Assembly (NCBI GenBank): GCA_045536045.1
Contig: JAZSMU010000006.1
Location: 3,535-67,534 of the forward strand
Source of the DNA: Candidatus Gastranaerophilales bacterium
GTDB taxonomy: Bacteria > Cyanobacteriota > Vampirovibrionia > Gastranaerophilales > Gastranaerophilaceae
Reading direction: 5' to 3'
Length of the DNA: 64,000 nt
Positions 58,157 to 64,000 of this stretch are shown here, one piece after another (the first letter of the stretch is position 1; every line of letters starts with the position of its first letter). A program made the position numbers and the translations under genes. The notes beneath the pieces were generated by a model that saw only the letters and a program-made list of their open reading frames with translations, ran no database searches and was not told the DNA's origin.

Positions 58157-60253
58157 ATGCAAAAACTTGCAGAAATCTTGAAGAATAATGACATAATTTT
58201 GGCAATCGGTTTGGTTGTCGTTGTTCTTATGATGATTATTCCAATCCCAGCCCAATTTTTAGACCTTTTATTAACGATTAATATTGCTCTTTCGGTTTTG
58301 GTTCTTTTAGTTTGTTTATATACAAAAGAGCCTCTTGAATATTCCTCATTCCCAACCATTATTCTTGTTACAACCCTATTTAGATTGGGCTTAAATGTTA
58401 CTTCAACAAGGCTTATTTTGCTCTATGCTGATGCTGGGGAAGTTATCAACTCATTTGGCTCATTTGTTGTTGGTGGAAACTATATTGTTGGATGTATAGT
58501 TTTTATCATTCTCGTAATCATCAACTTTATGGTAATTACAGATGTTGCAGGCAGAGTTGCAGAAGTTAGTGCGCGTTTTACATTAGATTCAATGCCTGGT
58601 AAACAACTTTCTATTGATGCAGATTTAAATGCTGGCTTGATTGATGAAAAAGAAGCAAAAGCTAGAAGAAAGAAGCTTGAAAGAGAAGCTGATTTCTATG
58701 GAACTATGGATGGTGCTTCTAAGTTTGTTAAGGGTGATGCTATGGCAGGGCTTATTATTACTGCCATAAATATTGCTGGTGGGTTGATTATTGGTATTGC
58801 ACAACTTAAAATGAGCCCACAAGATGCGATTTCAACATATACAATTCTTACTGTTGGAGATGGTCTTGTTTCTCAAATTCCAGCCTTAATTATCTCAACT
58901 GCAACAGGTTTAATTATTTCAAGAAGCTCAGGTTCTGACAATTCCCTATCTCAAGACATCGGTCTTGAAATGTTTTCAGACCCAAAAGTTATGTTCTTGG
59001 TTGGTGGTTTAATTTTTGCTATGGGCTTAGTTCCTGGTATGCCAACTTTGCCGTTTACTTGTGTTTCTTTGGCACTCGTTGCCTATGGTTGGTTTAAAAG
59101 AAAAGCTGATAAAAAAGAAGTTGAAATTCAAGAAGAAAAGAAAATTGAAGAAGAAAAAACTCAGGCAGTTGCCAAAAAACGCAAAAAAGCTACAAGAGAA
59201 AGTGTTCTTGAGCTTCTTAATATTGAAACTCTTGAAATTGAAATTGGCTACAGATTAGTTAGCCTTTTAGATGTTGAAAAAGGTGGGGATTTGCTAGATA
59301 GAATTGGTCAAATTCGCCGTCAAACAGCACTAGATTTGGGTATTGTTCTTCCATCAATTAGAGTTCGTGATAATCTTCAATTAGCACCTAATAATTATCA
59401 ATTTAAATTAAAAGGTGTTCCATTAGAAACTGGCGAAGTTTATCCAGAGAGATTTTTGGCTATGAATTCTGCTGGTGGCGAAGATAATCCAAATATTACA
59501 GGTATTAAAACTTTTGAGCCTGCTTTCCATCTTCCTGCCCTTTGGATTGAAGAAAAAGACAAAGAGTATGCAGAAATGGTTGGCTACACTGTTGTTTCTC
59601 CATCTGCTATGATTTCTACTCACTTAACAGAAATTATTAAGAAAAACGCACACGATATTTTATCAAGAAATGATATTGCACAACTTATTGAAAATCTAAA
59701 AAAAGTTGTTTCAGAAGATTATGTTAATGACCTTATGAAAGAGCTTACAACTGCTGAGGTTCAAATGGTTATTCAAAATCTTTTAAGAGAAAGAGTTTCA
59801 GTTCGCGACCTTAAAACTATTTTAGAAACAATGAGTGTTCAAATTAAAGTAAACAGGAACACAAATTACTTGACCGAACAATGTCGTTTGGCTCTTGCAC
59901 GCAACATTGTAAATCAAAATATTTCAGACACTGGCGAATTATTAGTTATAACATTATCTCAAGATGTTGAACAACAAATTGCTCAAGGTATTGCACCAGA
60001 TGGCGAAAGTGTTACTCTTGACCCAACATTTAGTTACGAGCTTATGAATTCATTAAATAATGAATTAGAACGTGCTATTCAAGAAACAGGATGTCAACCT
60101 GTAATCTTGTGTACTTCGCCTATTAGAATGATTTTTAAACGATTAATTGAAAGAAAGTATCCATTAATTACAATAATGTCGTATAATGAAGTTACAAATA
60201 ATGTTAAGGCTAGGTCTGTTGGAACAGTTAAAGTTGCACAACCTATGAGCTAA
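58157..60253 (+). CDS. flhA: Flagellar export-gate protein FlhA
   Basis: Contains ..FPTIILVTTLFRLGLNVTSTRLIL.. and ..FVKGDAMAGLII... The protein is 698 aa, with the FlhA cytoplasmic domain. Confidence 0.96.
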   Translation: MQKLAEILKNNDIILAIGLVVVVLMMIIPIPAQFLDLLLTINIALSVLVLLVCLYTKEPLEYSSFPTIILVTTLFRLGLNVTSTRLILLYADAGEVINSFGSFVVGGNYIVGCIVFIILVIINFMVITDVAGRVAEVSARFTLDSMPGKQLSIDADLNAGLIDEKEAKARRKKLEREADFYGTMDGASKFVKGDAMAGLIITAINIAGGLIIGIAQLKMSPQDAISTYTILTVGDGLVSQIPALIISTATGLIISRSSGSDNSLSQDIGLEMFSDPKVMFLVGGLIFAMGLVPGMPTLPFTCVSLALVAYGWFKRKADKKEVEIQEEKKIEEEKTQAVAKKRKKATRESVLELLNIETLEIEIGYRLVSLLDVEKGGDLLDRIGQIRRQTALDLGIVLPSIRVRDNLQLAPNNYQFKLKGVPLETGEVYPERFLAMNSAGGEDNPNITGIKTFEPAFHLPALWIEEKDKEYAEMVGYTVVSPSAMISTHLTEIIKKNAHDILSRNDIAQLIENLKKVVSEDYVNDLMKELTTAEVQMVIQNLLRERVSVRDLKTILETMSVQIKVNRNTNYLTEQCRLALARNIVNQNISDTGELLVITLSQDVEQQIAQGIAPDGESVTLDPTFSYELMNSLNNELERAIQETGCQPVILCTSPIRMIFKRLIERKYPLITIMSYNEVTNNVKARSVGTVKVAQPMS

Positions 60254-60256
60254 AAG

Positions 60257-60871
60257 GTGAATATGGAAGCAATCATAAAAGACGGAAAAGATTACAGAAT
60301 AATACCTACAACAATTGAACATTCTACCACTTTAGATGTTTTATCTGTTGAAAACAATGTGCTAGAAGCTAAGCTAAATTTTTTAAGCGAAGCTGAGATT
60401 TCTTCTTATAAAGAGGGTGAAGAAACTGAAGTTTTTGGCTCAACTGATGAAGGTTTAGTTTACTTTAGGGCAAAAATTATCTCTGTAAGTGGTAATGTTA
60501 TTAAACTTGCAATACCAACAGATTTTGCAAAAGTTCAAAGAAGAGAATATTCTAGAATTGAATTTGGAACAAATGCTAAGTTATTAGATGAAAATTTAAA
60601 CATTAAAACTGTTGATATTTCAGCTGGTGGTATCAAATTTATTTCAGAAAAAAATCTTGTTATAGGCAAAGACTATGACTTCTCTTTTGTTTTAGATAAT
60701 AATAAAGAAATTGAATGTAAAATTCAGCCAATGCGTTCATATCAAGCAAACGACATTAATGGTTTTGTTGTTTGCGCAAGATTCACTGATATTAAAAGTT
60801 CTGACAAAGTTGCAATTGTTCAATACTCTTTCAGAAAAATTATGGAATTGGAGAATAGTTTGAATGATTGA
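60257..60871 (+). CDS. PilZ-domain protein (YcgR-like size and position)
   Basis: The PilZ motifs are RREYSR (RxxxR) and DISAGG (DxSxxG). The start is GTG 60257 or ATG 60263. The gene begins 3 nt after the flhA stop. Confidence 0.85.
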   Translation: MNMEAIIKDGKDYRIIPTTIEHSTTLDVLSVENNVLEAKLNFLSEAEISSYKEGEETEVFGSTDEGLVYFRAKIISVSGNVIKLAIPTDFAKVQRREYSRIEFGTNAKLLDENLNIKTVDISAGGIKFISEKNLVIGKDYDFSFVLDNNKEIECKIQPMRSYQANDINGFVVCARFTDIKSSDKVAIVQYSFRKIMELENSLND

Positions 60872-61265
60872 TAAATCACCTTACAGAAAAAAATTAGCAA
60901 AATTGTTTGCTTCATGTGCGATTTTAACTTCTTTTGGAATCGCAGTTGCAAACAATCTAATTGTAAGTGGTTTAGTTTTGGATGTTAATCTAATTATATT
61001 TATGATTAAAAGTTCTATTTTGCCTGCAGTTACGCTTGGCTACATAGGATTTCTAATTGGCAGAATTTTAGATAATAAATCTGTTAGAGCAAGGGCAGAC
61101 AGAGGTGGTGTTGCATTTACAAGACAAGATATTAAAGAAGCTTACGCAATTGATAGTATCTTTTCTTCTACAGCACCAACAGAAGAAGCTCCACAGCTAA
61201 CTTCAATGTTTTTAGATTCTCAAGCTTCCAGCCTTGATTCAGGAGAAATTAAAAGTGAAATTTAA
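60864..61265 (+). CDS. Hypothetical 133-aa membrane protein (two or three TM helices plus a cytoplasmic tail)
   Basis: Hydrophobic segments are ..LFASCAILTSFGIAVANNLIVSGLVL.. and ..ILPAVTLGYIGFLIGRIL... The ORF overlaps the pilZ stop by 8 nt. Confidence 0.6.
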   Translation: MIDKSPYRKKLAKLFASCAILTSFGIAVANNLIVSGLVLDVNLIIFMIKSSILPAVTLGYIGFLIGRILDNKSVRARADRGGVAFTRQDIKEAYAIDSIFSSTAPTEEAPQLTSMFLDSQASSLDSGEIKSEI

Positions 61266-62853
61266 TTTTCAAAAATGGAAAAATGAAAAACGATTAACAA
61301 TGTTCTTTACAATATCCACACTTGTGGTTTTGTTTTTAGTATTAATTACAACTTATTGCTTGTTCTTTAATTATGCAAAAGTTGTTTCTGAAGACGACAA
61401 GAAGAATATTGAATTTTATAATACAAGTATGGCAACCGTTTTGCAGGCTTCCTATTTGAAAAAATCTAATTTTAATAACTTGACTTCTTCTTTGCAAAAA
61501 AAGAAATTATTGCGTTATGCCTATATTTTAGACACCAAACTTGGAAAAGTGGTTTGGTCTTTAGATGAAAATATTATTAAATTAGGATTATCAAAAGAGG
61601 AAATTTTGCCTCTAATACTTGACTTTCAAGTTGATAAGTCTGATATAAATGAAGCAAATGTTCCTGTTGGGACTAGTCAAACATTATATCTAGGCTTTGC
61701 AAAAGATGAAGGAAGCACGGAAGAAATTGATTCCCTTATGCTTTCTATGTATCTTTCTTTTGTATTATTCGCAATGCTTTCATTTGCGTCTAGTATGTAT
61801 TTAGGAAAACTTATTCAAGAACCATTAGATAAATTAACAACAGGTATTCAAAAATTTGGTGAAGGCGACTTTGAATATCGTGTTAAGAAAACTCAATTTT
61901 TAGAGCTTAATCAAATTGTTGATTCATACAACAAAATGGCTTCTGAATTAGACACTTTGTATAACGACTTAGAATCAAAGGTTGTTGAAAGAACTGAAGC
62001 ACTTGAGGCTGCCAATAAGGAACTTAAAGAAACTCAAAGTATTATGGTTCATGCTGAAAAAATGCGTTCTTTGGGTGAATTGGTTGCAGGTATTGCACAT
62101 GAAATTAATAACCCAATTAACTTTATCTATGGCAACATGGTCCATTTTGAAAACTATGTAAATGATATTTTTGACCTTTTTGATAAATATGAACAACTTA
62201 AGTCAAAAGTTTCTGAAATTGATTTCAAAGAAATTGAAGAATATAAAGAAGAAATTGATATTGAATTTTTAAGAACAGATATTAAAGACTTAATTGTTAG
62301 CTGTAGAGATGGTGCAGACAGGGCAAAAAATATTATTGCAGACCTTAAAAACTTCTCTAGACTTGACGAAACAACTCTTACAGAATTTGATATTCCAAAA
62401 GAAATTGATACAACTTTAAATATTCTTTATAATAAGTTTAAACATAAAGTTGAAATTGTTAAAAATTACCCAGATGACCTTCCAAAAATTGAAGCTTATG
62501 GCAGACAGCTAAACCAAGTGTTTATGAATATATTAGATAATGCAATTTATGCAATCAAAGAAAAAGGCACTATTACAATTTCTTCTTATGTAAATCCAGA
62601 TAAAGAAACTATTTCAATTGAAATTGAAGACACAGGTGTTGGTATTAAAGAAGAAGACATTAAAAAAGTATTTGACCCATTCTGGACGACAAAACCTGTT
62701 GGTCAAGGAACAGGGCTTGGAATGTCTATTGCATATAAAGTAATTTCTTCACACAACGGTTATGCAGAAGTTTCAAGCAAATTAAATGTAGGAACAAAAT
62801 TCAGAATTGTTCTTCCAATAAGCCAAAACAAAGGAAAAGAAAATGAAGTATAA
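61255..62853 (+). CDS. Membrane sensor histidine kinase (HAMP + HisKA + HATPase_c)
   Basis: Contains H-box AHEINNP, N-box NILDNAIYA, G1 EDTGVGI and G2 GQGTGLGMS. The start is probably GTG 61255 (AGGAG 9 nt upstream); the track uses TTG 61234. Confidence 0.9.
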   Translation: MKFNFQKWKNEKRLTMFFTISTLVVLFLVLITTYCLFFNYAKVVSEDDKKNIEFYNTSMATVLQASYLKKSNFNNLTSSLQKKKLLRYAYILDTKLGKVVWSLDENIIKLGLSKEEILPLILDFQVDKSDINEANVPVGTSQTLYLGFAKDEGSTEEIDSLMLSMYLSFVLFAMLSFASSMYLGKLIQEPLDKLTTGIQKFGEGDFEYRVKKTQFLELNQIVDSYNKMASELDTLYNDLESKVVERTEALEAANKELKETQSIMVHAEKMRSLGELVAGIAHEINNPINFIYGNMVHFENYVNDIFDLFDKYEQLKSKVSEIDFKEIEEYKEEIDIEFLRTDIKDLIVSCRDGADRAKNIIADLKNFSRLDETTLTEFDIPKEIDTTLNILYNKFKHKVEIVKNYPDDLPKIEAYGRQLNQVFMNILDNAIYAIKEKGTITISSYVNPDKETISIEIEDTGVGIKEEDIKKVFDPFWTTKPVGQGTGLGMSIAYKVISSHNGYAEVSSKLNVGTKFRIVLPISQNKGKENEV

Positions 62854-63844
62854 AGTATTATTAGTTGATGATGAACGCAATAACTTAGAGTTTATGTACA
62901 GAACCCTAAGAAGGGAATATGACATTACCCAATGTGATGACCCACTTACTGCACTTGAAATTTTAAAAGGTCCAGATAAATATGCCTTAATTTTTTCTGA
63001 CCACAAAATGCCAAATATGGATGGCGTTGAATTTCTTAAAAGAACTGCAGAATATGCTCCAAATGCCGTTAAAGTTTTGGTTACTGCGTATAGCGATTCA
63101 AAAATTCTTATTGAAGCTATAAATGATGCTAAAATATACAGATACATTAAAAAGCCATATAGCCCAGAAGAATTGGTGCATGTTGCGCAAACTTGTAGAG
63201 AATATTATCAATTAAAAGTTGATAATGAAAATTTGGTTTACGATTTAAAAGAATTATTTGGTGGAACAATTAAAGCAATTACAGAAGCGCTAGACGCTAA
63301 AGATTCTTACACATCTGGAAGAAGCAGACGTGTTGCGTATTATTCATCAAAACTTGCTCAATATATTGGGCTATCTAACGCAGAGGCTGGAAGAATTGAG
63401 CTTGCTGGTCTTTTGCACGATATTGGAATGATTAGTGTTGCCGAAGATATTTTAAATAAAGTTGATGAATTAACCCAAGATGAAGAAGAACAAATTAGAA
63501 AGCACGTTTTCCATAGCATTAAAATCTTAGAAGACATCAAACAATTATCCGAAGTTATTGAAATAATTAAGTATCACCATGAGTGGTATGATGGAACTGG
63601 CTATCCATATGGAGTTAAAGGAGATGAAATTCCTGTTGGCTCAAGAATTATTGCAATTGCAGATGCTTTTGATGGCATTTTATCAAATAGACCATATAAA
63701 CCAGCGTCTTCTCTTGAAGAGGCTTTGGCTGAGCTTGAAGAAATTAAAGGAACTCAGCTTGACCCACATTTGGTTGATATATTTAAATATATTTTGCCAG
63801 ATATTAGAGAAGCTTTAGTTGAAACTGAGGGGGCTCAAAAATAA
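62843..63844 (+). CDS. Response regulator with an HD-GYP output domain (RpfG-like c-di-GMP phosphodiesterase)
   Basis: The receiver motifs are LLVDDE, FSDHKMPNMDG and IKKP. The output domain has LHDIGM and HHEWYDGTGYPYG. Confidence 0.92.
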   Translation: MKYKVLLVDDERNNLEFMYRTLRREYDITQCDDPLTALEILKGPDKYALIFSDHKMPNMDGVEFLKRTAEYAPNAVKVLVTAYSDSKILIEAINDAKIYRYIKKPYSPEELVHVAQTCREYYQLKVDNENLVYDLKELFGGTIKAITEALDAKDSYTSGRSRRVAYYSSKLAQYIGLSNAEAGRIELAGLLHDIGMISVAEDILNKVDELTQDEEEQIRKHVFHSIKILEDIKQLSEVIEIIKYHHEWYDGTGYPYGVKGDEIPVGSRIIAIADAFDGILSNRPYKPASSLEEALAELEEIKGTQLDPHLVDIFKYILPDIREALVETEGAQK

Positions 63845-63863
63845 TAATATTGATTTAACAAAT

Positions 63864-63896
63864 AAAAAAAACTCCAAGAATTTTCTTGGAGTTTTT
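63864..63896. terminator. Bidirectional rho-independent terminator between convergent genes
   Basis: The stem actccaaga/tcttggagt (63871-63879 / 63884-63892) is flanked by a 7-A run upstream and TTTT downstream. Confidence 0.8.
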
Positions 63897-63916
63897 AGTT
63901 TATATTGCTTATTAAA

Positions 63917-64000
63917 TTAACCTTTAATTTGGCTCATAACTTCATCAGCAAAGTTGTCATTTCTTTTTTCAAGACCTTCGCCAAGTTCATATCTGTCAAA
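63917..64000 (-). CDS. 3' end of a minus-strand ORF truncated by the window edge; product unknown
   Basis: The reverse-complement translation is FDRYELGEGLEKRNDNFADEVMSQIKG*, open to the window edge and followed by the terminator. Confidence 0.5.
   Translation of the reverse strand, partial: FDRYELGEGLEKRNDNFADEVMSQIKG

Noticed and set aside
57287-58822. Minus-strand ORFs 57287-57700, 57693-57890, 57890-58255, 58117-58359 and 58625-58822
   Set aside because: They are antisense to flhB and flhA and show no motifs.
62782-63147. Minus-strand ORF of 121 aa
   Set aside because: It is antisense to the end of the histidine kinase gene and the start of the HD-GYP regulator gene.

Overview
This is a visibly AT-rich, very gene-dense chromosomal segment with about 64 protein genes, many of them with overlapping or abutting stops and starts. 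The source looks like a flagellated, LPS-making (diderm) bacterium. An RpaB/Ycf27-like OmpR regulator and the overall gene mix make a non-photosynthetic cyanobacterial relative (Melainabacteria-like) plausible, but I cannot prove that from sequence alone.

Most of the content is housekeeping:
- Cofactor and isoprenoid synthesis: ispD, thiL, aroQ, ribD, queE.
- DNA repair: ruvB, nth, ligA, recO, rmuC and a tatD-like gene.
- Chaperones: grpE-dnaJ plus two reduced DnaJ paralogues.
- Amino-acid synthesis: ilvD, lysA.
- Envelope: lpxB, a GT9 heptosyltransferase, an MsbA-like exporter and a CDP-alcohol transferase.
- Alpha-glucan enzymes: divergent phosphohexomutase-like, GlgC-like and GH77-like proteins.
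- Nucleotide signalling: cdaA, a PilZ protein and an HD-GYP response regulator.

The flagellar type III export-gate genes are split into three loci: fliR, then fliP-fliQ, then flhB-flhA. I saw no rRNA, tRNA, CRISPR array, IS element, integrase or prophage signature.

The most unusual region is 32.7-38.2 kb. It holds a stand-alone OLD-type TOPRIM protein and a 762-aa protein with a HerA-like scaffold lacking any P-loop, a long polyacidic linker and a UvrD/PcrA-like Tudor tail. A coiled-coil protein follows, and a possible papain-like cysteine peptidase is transcribed divergently. This is a candidate uncharacterised module, not a demonstrated one.

A second recurring signal is a -10 box placed 6-7 nt upstream of ATG with no Shine-Dalgarno, at six genes, which suggests leaderless mRNAs. 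All domain calls come from reading motifs by eye, and none was confirmed by a database search.
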